In this document: positions 42,801 through 53,416 of the stretch, one piece after another | Position numbering within the stretch: the stretch's first letter is position 1 | Layout of the letters: the number at the start of each line of letters is the position of its first letter | Assembly: GCA_963828165.1 (NCBI GenBank) | Contig: CAWHDR010000001.1 | Coordinates: 2,656,001 to 2,720,000 of the forward strand | Length of the DNA: 64,000 nucleotides | Reading direction: 5' to 3' | Source: an uncultured Chloroflexia bacterium | Lineage (GTDB): Bacteria; Chloroflexota; Limnocylindria; Limnocylindrales; CSP1-4 | The notes under the pieces: generated by a model | Told to the model about the DNA's origin: nothing | Databases searched by the model: none | Seen by the model: the letters and a program-made list of their open reading frames with translations, nothing else | Translations under genes and position numbers: made by a program

Positions 42801-44517
42801 GGCCTCCGGGATCCAGATCCTCAACGTGGCCCAGGTCGATCCGGACAACACGATCGGTGAGGGCAACGAGATCAACAACACGAGCGACGTCCAGGTCGCC
42901 GTCGTGTCCGATATCAACCTGACCATCGAGAAGACGGGCCCGACGACGGCGACGCAGAGTCAGACCGCGACCTACGACATCACCGTCAGCAACGCCGACT
43001 CGGCGTTCGCCGGGGGTGTCGTCGTGGTCGACCCGCTGCCCGTCGGGATGATCCCGCTGACGGCGTTCACCGACGACCCGGGCGAGAACAACTTCGCCTG
43101 CCAGGTCGAGCAGAACCCAGTCAACCGCGTCACGTGCACCGGCGACCTGCCTGGCAACACGAGCGTCGTGATCCATATCGAGGTGTTCATCACCGCGACC
43201 GATGGCACGACCCTCGACAACGAGGCCTGCGTCGACCCGGAGAACACGATCGTCGAGACCAACGAGCTCGACAACTGCTCCACCGCGCTGACCCAGATCG
43301 GCGTTCCCGACCTGGCGATCAACAAGGCCGCGTCGCTCGGCGTCGTGACCGAAGGTGAGTCCCTCTCGTACTTCCTGTCCGTGAGCAACCAGGGTGATGC
43401 CGCGACGCCTGGCGCCGTCGACATCAGCGACGACCTCCCGCCGGGCGTGACCTTCGTCTCCGCGACCGGCACCAATGAGTTCGTCTGCACGGAGGCCGCG
43501 ACGGTCGTCTCGTGCACCGACGGCGCTGGAGCGGCGCCTGGCCTCGAGCCCGGCGAAAGCACCCTCATCACGATCCAGGTCACCGTGGCCACATCGAGCG
43601 GCCCGATCATCAATACCGGCAACGTGACCAACGTCGCCGGGGAGATCGAGCTCGACAACAACAGCGACTCGGCGACAGTCTCGGTCGGCACGACCGCGGC
43701 CGACCTGGTCCTGACCAACCTGGGCGATCAGCCCGATCCGGTCGCCGAAGGTGACGTGGTCACGTACCGCTACGCAGTGACCAACACGGGCACCGAGGAG
43801 ATCACCGGCATCGAGATCACCCAGACCTTCGACAGCCTGACGAGCGTCTCGCTCGTCTCGATCACCGCGTCGCAGGGGTTCGGGTGCAGCGGGCCGGCCG
43901 GCCTGGTGTTCACCTGCATCGGCGACCTGGATCCAGGCGCCACCACGACCGTGACGCTCGTCCTCCAGACAACGGCCGGGGCGCCGGCAAGCATCAGCAG
44001 CACCATCGAGGTCGATCCCGACGGGACGATCACGGAATCCGACGAGACCAACAACACCGCGACCGAGGAGACGACCATCTCCGCGGCGCTGTGCACCGGC
44101 TGCATCGACCTGGCCGTGACCGGCATCCTCGAGTCGGCCGACCCGATCACGGTCGGTGACACCGTTACCTACACGATGACGGTCGGGAACATCGGCGACA
44201 CCTCGACGGATACGACGGGTGGCGACGATGTCACGATCTTCTTCGACGTCTTCGGGGACTTCACCGGGCTGACGTACTCGACCACGAGCGGGTTCACCTG
44301 CTCGCCGTTCCTGGCGACGCCTGGCGTCTCCACCTTCTCGAACTGCACCGGCGACCTGGATCCCGGCGAGGGGGCCATCCTGACCATCACGGTCACGGCC
44401 AACGACGACGTTCCGGACCTGTCCGCCAGCGCGCAGGCCTTCGTCGGACCTCCGGGTGTCGACGTGGATGCGAGCAACAACGGGCCGATCGCCGCGTCGA
44501 CCGTCGTCAACCCGTGA
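39892..44517 (+). CDS. giant secreted protein with 11 tandem DUF11/CARDB-like Ig repeats
   Basis: Signal peptide; repeats DLxIxK...YTxxVxN...DxLP...C-x-C...DPxNxIxExxExNN; GGAGAGG RBS before ATG 39892. Confidence 0.9.
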   Translation: MFGRSTRRSSIRSRLAAGLGSALLLASMSGTFVPIAAAGPLTITNTDSPDPVQSGSQILYTIVVTNTGGAKVSNVVLTDQINGVAGFGNPPLLDVVSTRGSCTQTNTQITCNAGTIEGNGAWTVTVRGVVTAAGGTTINNIATVVATKSAQTYTSSASATTQVQGSGPGGPSPDLTIGKNGPLQVTPGQGITYTLTVNNLGNGNALGVKVIDTFPAGISPVTVNATSLFSCGISGQTVTCINGRVNAGSNATITINGTIAAAAAGDLENTSVVDPDNTIDEGIIGNTADAAELNNFSNTVVTHVSPVPPPPTNVIFFDKQGPATAIPGQLVRYTLTMTNGTVGRADYITLTDGTQGLQAASLRVVSAASSSGTNPICTVAAPTVECTMTRLATNGTLVVVIEGMVVASAGSTIINSAAVNANVKNKGYTERDEVQTIVNAGRDLTISKSDLPDPVCARSWPAGVNTLCRGGLSYTFDVGNSGVQDALNVLVRDPLPPGTTYDDAASSSLCNESGGIVSCLIPNLGAGATETITIVLVAPATLGTITNTVTVDPFNSVFEADETNNIAVESTTIVTGIDLTIAKAASLDPIATSGTEVYTITVDNIGTQNATGIKVVDTLPAGATFLSATADNGFTCSYSAPNVTCLGGSLLGTASELYFPPAPGNDTAVITIRIFARPTIGVMHNEVRVDPDGTIDEFDETNNIATLDVNVVNGGSGEGAFNELAIDKTGPASVSTSGIVTYTIKVTNDGSDPAVNVTMRDTLPAGFVYIDAFDTVLGPNAFLCTPGAGNTVDCTGATITPGAVGRTVTLRAFASPALGTYTNQAIVDPGNLIPEGNETNNADNAQTNVVVAPPTSFIDLTIEKTADQPTVTPDGTLIYELEVTNLGTNPAFGVVVRDTLPAGVTFVSARDNTGGLPPAPLAPGSFSCTHASGVVTCTGGTLDAGAAGAVDWITGIGSVRTINVTVRAPLASGIQILNVAQVDPDNTIGEGNEINNTSDVQVAVVSDINLTIEKTGPTTATQSQTATYDITVSNADSAFAGGVVVVDPLPVGMIPLTAFTDDPGENNFACQVEQNPVNRVTCTGDLPGNTSVVIHIEVFITATDGTTLDNEACVDPENTIVETNELDNCSTALTQIGVPDLAINKAASLGVVTEGESLSYFLSVSNQGDAATPGAVDISDDLPPGVTFVSATGTNEFVCTEAATVVSCTDGAGAAPGLEPGESTLITIQVTVATSSGPIINTGNVTNVAGEIELDNNSDSATVSVGTTAADLVLTNLGDQPDPVAEGDVVTYRYAVTNTGTEEITGIEITQTFDSLTSVSLVSITASQGFGCSGPAGLVFTCIGDLDPGATTTVTLVLQTTAGAPASISSTIEVDPDGTITESDETNNTATEETTISAALCTGCIDLAVTGILESADPITVGDTVTYTMTVGNIGDTSTDTTGGDDVTIFFDVFGDFTGLTYSTTSGFTCSPFLATPGVSTFSNCTGDLDPGEGAILTITVTANDDVPDLSASAQAFVGPPGVDVDASNNGPIAASTVVNP

Positions 44518-45686
44518 CCACCGCGTACCGCTTGTACGGCCGCTCGCGCGGCCGTACGACGCTCGTTTCGCTCCTCATGGCGCTGCTGGCTGCCGGTGGG
44601 CTCGTGCTCGCCGGACCAGCCGCCCCGGGCTGGGACAGGGCTGGCTCCGTCCTCGGCGCCGAGGTCTGTGGCAAGCGCTACGTGGCCGTCGGCGACCACG
44701 TACCTGCCGGCCACGAAGTCGAAGAGTCAGAGCGCTACCCGGAACAGCTCATCGAGAAGCACCTCGCCGCGTACGGCTATTGCGTCTTCAACAAGGCGGT
44801 CAACGAAACGACCTCCTCGACCCTCATCAGCGGTGGCCAGCTGGCTCAGTCCTGGAACCTTCGCCCGGATCTCATCACCCTGACCGTGGGCGGCGAGAAC
44901 AGCTCGATCGTCAACACGATCGACTCGTGCTTCGACAAGGTGAAGGACCACGACTTCCTCGGCGCGAACGTGTGCGCAGCGGCCGTCCTGGCCGATGTCG
45001 GGGCCTGGAACCAGCTCAAGAGCGATCTCACGACCACCCTCCAGCAATACCGGCTGACGATGGCCGGGCGCCCGAACCTCGTCGTAGCCGCAGTGGGATA
45101 CGCGAATCCCTATCCGACCGTGACGGATGCGGCCGTCGGCATCCCACTGCTGTGCATCCGGCTGATCGACACGATCGCGACGTGCACGATCCGGTGGGTC
45201 CAGCTTCTGCCCGCGCTCGCCATGCTCGATCGCGTGATCCTGCAGCTGAACGCCACGATGCAGGCTGCGGTCGCGCCGTTCCAGCGGGGACCTTCCGGCA
45301 ACCGATACGTGTTCGTGGACATCTACGAGAAGTTCCGCGACCACTGCATGAAGATGGACGTGGAGATCAAGACCACGGTCGAGCACCCGGAGCAGAGCGG
45401 CTCGGTGCACGACCACAACAGCGATCACGATTTCGGCTGCGACGATCCGTGGTTCGTGGAGGGGGATGACGGCACCGCGAACCCGCTCTACCTGATTCCG
45501 GCCGCACCGGGCGTCCTGGTCAAGCAAAGCCAGACCACCGAGGGCATGGGTGTCCATCCGAACGCCGATGGCCACGCGTGCATCGCCGACCTCATCTGGG
45601 AGGCCGACACGATCGACCCGGGGACGACGCCGCTGAAGTGGAAGCTCGGCGTCCCGGAGCGACCGAACAGCGACATCTGCTCCTAG
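44514..45686 (+). CDS. secreted SGNH-fold protein lacking the catalytic Ser
   Basis: Signal peptide; YVAVGDH, NKAVNE, LTVGGEN, GYANP, GVHPNADGH; 10 Cys; GTGA overlap with the DUF11 gene. Confidence 0.8.
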   Translation: MTTAYRLYGRSRGRTTLVSLLMALLAAGGLVLAGPAAPGWDRAGSVLGAEVCGKRYVAVGDHVPAGHEVEESERYPEQLIEKHLAAYGYCVFNKAVNETTSSTLISGGQLAQSWNLRPDLITLTVGGENSSIVNTIDSCFDKVKDHDFLGANVCAAAVLADVGAWNQLKSDLTTTLQQYRLTMAGRPNLVVAAVGYANPYPTVTDAAVGIPLLCIRLIDTIATCTIRWVQLLPALAMLDRVILQLNATMQAAVAPFQRGPSGNRYVFVDIYEKFRDHCMKMDVEIKTTVEHPEQSGSVHDHNSDHDFGCDDPWFVEGDDGTANPLYLIPAAPGVLVKQSQTTEGMGVHPNADGHACIADLIWEADTIDPGTTPLKWKLGVPERPNSDICS

Positions 45687-45707
45687 CGTTCACACGAGAA
45701 CCTGACA

Positions 45708-45744
45708 CGAACACCTGTTCGAAATGAGTCGCATCCGGTAGACT
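45708..45744 (+). promoter_or_regulatory. LexA box CGAACACCTGTTCG plus -10 TAGACT (leaderless uvrA promoter)
   Basis: Spacing identical to the uvrB promoter (18 nt and 6 nt). Confidence 0.85.
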
Positions 45745-45750
45745 CCGTTC

Positions 45751-48829
<3,079 letters not shown>

Positions 48830-48868
48830 GGCCGCCTCGGGCCGTCATCGGGGGGCTAGCATAGGGGC

Positions 48869-49315
48869 GTGCCAGACATCGACTTTGCGTTCCTCGCCGA
48901 CGCGGCGGAGACCGTCCCGGGCCAGAAGTTCCACGTCCTCGGCGGCGGGATCGCCCGGATCGGCGGGCGGCGCTTCCCGCTGCGCCATCCGCATCTCGCG
49001 CTGGTCATCGGGCTGGCGATCACCGCCCCCGAGACCGAGCGCGAACACGAGATCCGCTTCGTGCTGCTCGATCCCGACGGCGGCGAGGTGGCCGGCGCGA
49101 CCGGCAGCCTCGTGGCGCGCAGCCAGCGCGACGGCCGGGACGCGACGCTGACCTTCTCGATCGACCTGTGGAACCTGACGTTCCCGTCGCCCGGCGACTA
49201 CTCGTTCCGCCTCCTCGTCAACGGATCGGAGCGCAAGCGGTTGCCTCTGCTGCTCATCAAGCCATCCGATGGAACCGGGCCCGACGGCGCCGCGGCCACA
49301 CCGCAGGATGGCTGA
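48869..49315 (+). CDS. hypothetical beta-rich protein (DUF6941-like)
   Basis: FAFLADAA...KFHVLGGG...FPSPGDYSFRLLVNG; TAGCAT-N6-GTG. Confidence 0.7.
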   Translation: MPDIDFAFLADAAETVPGQKFHVLGGGIARIGGRRFPLRHPHLALVIGLAITAPETEREHEIRFVLLDPDGGEVAGATGSLVARSQRDGRDATLTFSIDLWNLTFPSPGDYSFRLLVNGSERKRLPLLLIKPSDGTGPDGAAATPQDG

Positions 49316-49634
49316 CCCGGCCCGGACCGTCGTCCCGGCACGCCACCAGTACCCGGTCATCGACGAGCTGGGCCTGGCGGCGGCCCGGCATGCGGATCGC
49401 CTGCTCGCCGCCGCGCGGGAGCGGGGTCACGCACGCTGGACCGCGTATCTCGAGCCGCTGCCGGACCGCCTTCGCGACGACGACCTGCGCGGGCTGCGGG
49501 CCGCGGCCGTCCGCTCCCGGGCGGCGTACGGCCCGAAGGACTCCATCCGCGATGTGCTGCCCGCAGACCTGACCGAGCCCTTCCTGGAGGCGATCGATCG
49601 ACTGCTGCGCGAGATCAACCGGTCGAGGAGCTGA
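49308..49634 (+). CDS. hypothetical helical protein
   Basis: ATG overlaps the end of the upstream gene; 108 aa; typical codon usage. Confidence 0.6.
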   Translation: MADPARTVVPARHQYPVIDELGLAAARHADRLLAAARERGHARWTAYLEPLPDRLRDDDLRGLRAAAVRSRAAYGPKDSIRDVLPADLTEPFLEAIDRLLREINRSRS

Positions 49635-51270
49635 GCGCGGGGATCCGCCCATCGTCGTCGAGGCCGAGCTCGTCGCGGCTGAACGCTTCGAGGAGGAAGG
49701 GGGACGGGACGGCCGGGTCATAACTCAGCGTGAGGGTGCGTCGAGCGCGAGTCCACGCGACGTACCCGAGGCGTCGTTCCTCCTCGAGGGCACGATCGGG
49801 TTCGTCGGACTCCGCGACGGCGCGTCCGCTCGGGAACCGGCCGATCTCCATGCCGACGACCGCGACGTGGTCGAACTCGGCACCCTTGGTCGAGTGGGCG
49901 GTGGCGAGGCTGAGGAGGGCGTCATCACGCCGTAGCCCTGCCAGTCGCGCGCGCATCACCGCGATCGCGGCGACGAGTGCGGGGAGGTCGTGGTAGGGCG
50001 GGCCCCAGGCCAGGAGCGCCGTGGCAAGATCCCGTTCCGCCTCGGTTCCGTGGCGTTCCGCGAGCCGCCGGAGTGCCCCGAGTCGCACCAGCAGCGGTTG
50101 CCTGGCGTCCGTTTCCGTGGCCGCGCGCGCCAGCAGTCCGTCGAGCGCTGGGTCGTCGACGAGGAGGTCGACCGATGGCGCTCGGAACGGCTCGTCGAGG
50201 GCCAGGGCCGCGAGGACGGCCGGCCGCAACTCCCGGTTCGTGCGGGCCAGGACGGCACGCGTCCCGCCGTCGTCAGGCCACGAACGGAGGAGGCGCTCGG
50301 TGCGTGCCGGCTCGTCGGTGGGGTCCGGGGCCAGGATCAGCGAGCCCAGGGCATCGGGTCGCGGGCGAACGAGCTTCGCGAAGCGTTCCCGGTTGTGCTC
50401 GATCAGGCGGACGGCTCGCTCCACGACCGGCACGGGGCATCGGTGGTTCACCTGCAGGTCGACGCGGCGGAGGCCGGGAAGCGCCGCACCGAGTGCGAGA
50501 ACGCGTCGTACGTCGGCCAGGCGCCAGCCGTAGATCGACTGGTCGTCGTCGCCCACGAGGAAGATCCGGTTCGCCGGTGCGGCCAGCAGCAGCGCGAGCC
50601 GCAGCTGCGAGCGGTCGACGTCCTGGACCTCGTCGACGAGCAGATGGGCGCAGCGATCGCGCCACCGGGCGAGCAGGACCGGATCGCCGTCGAGGGCGTC
50701 GAGCGCACGACGAACCAGGTCGTCGAAGTCCAGTCCACAACGGTCCGCGATCGCCGCTTCATAGGCAACGAAGGCCCGCGCGATCGGTCCGGCGTCGGGG
50801 TCGGCGGCGATCTCCGTCGCCGTCGCCGTGAGGTCGAGCTTGAGTCGGGAGAAGGCGGTGTCGAGTCGCCCGATCTCAGCCGCGGTGACGTCCGGCCAGA
50901 GTGCCCTGACGATCTCGGCCCGATCCACCAGCGGCTCCACGGCCACCCCGGCATCGCGCAGGATCTCGCGGCCCAGTGCGTGGAACGTGCGAACTCGCAC
51001 CGCTCGCGCCGACACGCCCAGGGGCGCCACCGCGGCATCCAGGCGCTCACCCAGCTCTTCGGCGGCCCGCTTGTTGAACGTGATCGCCGCGATCGACGAG
51101 GGTGCCGCGCCGCCATCGACGAGCCAGGCGATCCGTGCGACCAGCGTGGTGGTCTTGCCGGACCCCGCGGGCGCGACGCACAGCACGGGGCCAGGAGGCG
51201 CGATGGCGGCCGCCCGCTGGTCGGCGGTCAGGCGCGCGAGGCGCTCTTCGACGACGGCGGACATGGGCAT
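49615..51270 (-). CDS. UvrD/PcrA-like SF1 ATP-dependent DNA helicase, compact
   Basis: APAGSGKTT, TFNKRAA, VDEVQD, VGDDDQSIYGWR, AHSTKGAEF, EERRLGYVAWTRAR; start assigned from CATGCT-N6-ATG. Confidence 0.92.
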   Translation of the reverse strand: MPMSAVVEERLARLTADQRAAAIAPPGPVLCVAPAGSGKTTTLVARIAWLVDGGAAPSSIAAITFNKRAAEELGERLDAAVAPLGVSARAVRVRTFHALGREILRDAGVAVEPLVDRAEIVRALWPDVTAAEIGRLDTAFSRLKLDLTATATEIAADPDAGPIARAFVAYEAAIADRCGLDFDDLVRRALDALDGDPVLLARWRDRCAHLLVDEVQDVDRSQLRLALLLAAPANRIFLVGDDDQSIYGWRLADVRRVLALGAALPGLRRVDLQVNHRCPVPVVERAVRLIEHNRERFAKLVRPRPDALGSLILAPDPTDEPARTERLLRSWPDDGGTRAVLARTNRELRPAVLAALALDEPFRAPSVDLLVDDPALDGLLARAATETDARQPLLVRLGALRRLAERHGTEAERDLATALLAWGPPYHDLPALVAAIAVMRARLAGLRRDDALLSLATAHSTKGAEFDHVAVVGMEIGRFPSGRAVAESDEPDRALEEERRLGYVAWTRARRTLTLSYDPAVPSPFLLEAFSRDELGLDDDGRIPALSSSTG

Positions 51271-51354
51271 GGGACAAGCATGGCCGCCCTCGCTTATCCA
51301 GCCATCAACGGTGCGCTTGTGCACCGCTGAGGTGGGGTGAAGTGGCGTTTGGGC

Positions 51355-51398
51355 GTTAACAGATGGGTCACTGGCGGTTATCGTGGTCGACCTAGCCT
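51355..51398 (+). promoter_or_regulatory. PHO-box-like 11-bp direct repeats plus -10 TAGCCT
   Basis: GTTAAC (51355), GGTCAC (51366) and GTTATC (51377) at exact 11-bp spacing. Confidence 0.55.
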
Positions 51399-51490
51399 TT
51401 GGCAGTGCGCCGCCCGGAGGAGGTCGGCCCACTCGCTTGCACAGCCGCCCCGTCCCACGGTCGTGCCCCCGTATCCCTGGAGGAGCATCG

Positions 51491-53203
51491 GTGATTCGTT
51501 CTCGTGTATCCCGCTTGGTCGCGCTGTCCAGCGCGGCGCTGATCATCCTGTCGATCACTGCGCCGGGCGTCGCCGCGAAACCGCCCGACGATGGCCCGGC
51601 CGCCAAGAGGGCCAAGACCACCACGGTCCAGATCCTCAGCCTCAACGACTTCCACGGTCAGCTCCGGCCGCCGGATTCCACGAGCTCGGGCGGCCGGATC
51701 GGTACCACGCCGGCGGGCGGCTCGGAGTATCTCGCGAGCTACGTCCGGGACCTCGAAGCGACGAACCCCAAGAACACGCTGTTCGTCTCGGCGGGTGACG
51801 TGATCGGTGCAACGCCCCTGGTCTCGGCGATCTTCCACGACGAGCCGACGATCGAAGCGATGAACCTGATGGGTCTCGACTACAACGGCGTCGGGAACCA
51901 CGAGTTCGACGAGGGCACGGCCGAGCTCACCCGGATGCAGGAAGGTGGCTGCCACCCGGTCGAAGGCTGCTTCGGTGGCGACGGCTTCGAAGGCGCGGAC
52001 TTCCAGTTCCTCGCGGCCAACGTCACCTACAAGGACACCGGCGAGACCATCTTCCCGCCGTACGCCATCCATGAGTTCCCCGGCGTCGATATCGCTGTCG
52101 TCGGCATGACCCTCGAGGGGACGCCCAACATCGTCACCGCTGCGGCGACGGCGAACATCGACTTCCACGACGAGGCCGATTCGGTCAACGCGCTGGTACC
52201 GGTCCTCAAGGCGCAGGGCATCGAGACGATCATCGTCCTGCTCCACGAGGGCGGCTCCGCGGGCTCCCTGAACGAGACGACCGTCAACCAGTGCAACAAC
52301 CCGACCGGTACCGCGATCACCGACGTCATCACGCGGATGGACCCGGAGATCGACTTGGTGGTCACCGGGCACACGAACTGGGCCTTGAACTGCCCGGACT
52401 TCGCCGGCACCGGGATCATGGTGACCGGCGCAGCATCGGTCGGCCGAGTGGTCACCGACACGGACCTCGTGATCAGTCGCGCGACCAAGGAGATCGTCAG
52501 CGCGACGATCAACAACGTCATCGTCCGGCGGGACGCCAAGCCGGCCGCCGCCGATCTCACGGCGCTGGTCGACAAGTACGGGACCATCGCCGCACCGACC
52601 GAGAATCGCGTCATCGGCAACGCGCCGTCGGCCCTGAGCCGGACCCAGAACGCTGCGGGCGAATCGTCGCTCGGAGACATCATCGCGGACGCCCAGCTAT
52701 GGGCGACGTCCGGACCGAGCTGGCCAGCGGCGAACGGAGCTCCGGCCGTCATCTCGTTCATGAACTCCGGCGGGATCCGAGCCGACATCAATGTCGGGCC
52801 GATCACCTACGGCGAGGCATTCAGCGTCCAGCCGTTCGCCAACGTCCTCGTGACGATGGACATGACCGGGGCGCAGATCGACGCCCTCCTCGAGCAGCAA
52901 TTCACTACCGGTAACGGGATCCTCCAGATTCCCGCATCGCTCACCTACGAGCGCCATCCGGCCACGGCCGCACCGGACCGGGCCCGGAACATCCGGATCA
53001 ACGGCGTCCCGATCGTCCCGGCCACGACCTATCGGGTCACCGTGAACAACTTCCTCGCCGACGGCCAGGATGGCTACTCGACCTTCACCGGCGGCACGAA
53101 CCGGTTCGTCGGCGAGATCGACCTCGACGCCTTCGCCCGCTACGTCGAGAGCCTCGGGACCGTCAATCCGGGTCCGCAGAACCGCATCACGCTGGTGCCG
53201 TAG
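51491..53203 (+). CDS. secreted bifunctional metallophosphoesterase/5'-nucleotidase
   Basis: NDFHG, AGD, GNHEFD, GHT, NSGGIR, QPF, NNFLADG; signal peptide; GGAGG RBS. Confidence 0.94.
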   Translation: MIRSRVSRLVALSSAALIILSITAPGVAAKPPDDGPAAKRAKTTTVQILSLNDFHGQLRPPDSTSSGGRIGTTPAGGSEYLASYVRDLEATNPKNTLFVSAGDVIGATPLVSAIFHDEPTIEAMNLMGLDYNGVGNHEFDEGTAELTRMQEGGCHPVEGCFGGDGFEGADFQFLAANVTYKDTGETIFPPYAIHEFPGVDIAVVGMTLEGTPNIVTAAATANIDFHDEADSVNALVPVLKAQGIETIIVLLHEGGSAGSLNETTVNQCNNPTGTAITDVITRMDPEIDLVVTGHTNWALNCPDFAGTGIMVTGAASVGRVVTDTDLVISRATKEIVSATINNVIVRRDAKPAAADLTALVDKYGTIAAPTENRVIGNAPSALSRTQNAAGESSLGDIIADAQLWATSGPSWPAANGAPAVISFMNSGGIRADINVGPITYGEAFSVQPFANVLVTMDMTGAQIDALLEQQFTTGNGILQIPASLTYERHPATAAPDRARNIRINGVPIVPATTYRVTVNNFLADGQDGYSTFTGGTNRFVGEIDLDAFARYVESLGTVNPGPQNRITLVP

Positions 53204-53231
53204 CGGACCGGACCGCTCCCCGCCAGATCGT

Positions 53232-53258
53232 CGAACCCGGGCTTCCAGCCCGGGTTCG
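53232..53258 (+). terminator. hairpin after the 5'-nucleotidase gene
   Basis: CGAACCCGGGCT-TCC-AGCCCGGGTTCG. Confidence 0.6.
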
Positions 53259-53416
53259 GTGATTCCACGCACCGAATCGGTACCGATGGGGGGCGCGACG
53301 GCGCAACGAACCGCCCTATCCGCCTATTGGGCTCCTACGCCGGGTGGATGACGATTCGCCTGCGCCAGGCCCGACGGCGCGTCGATCGGGCCCGGCGATA
53401 ACGGGGAGTCCTCGTC

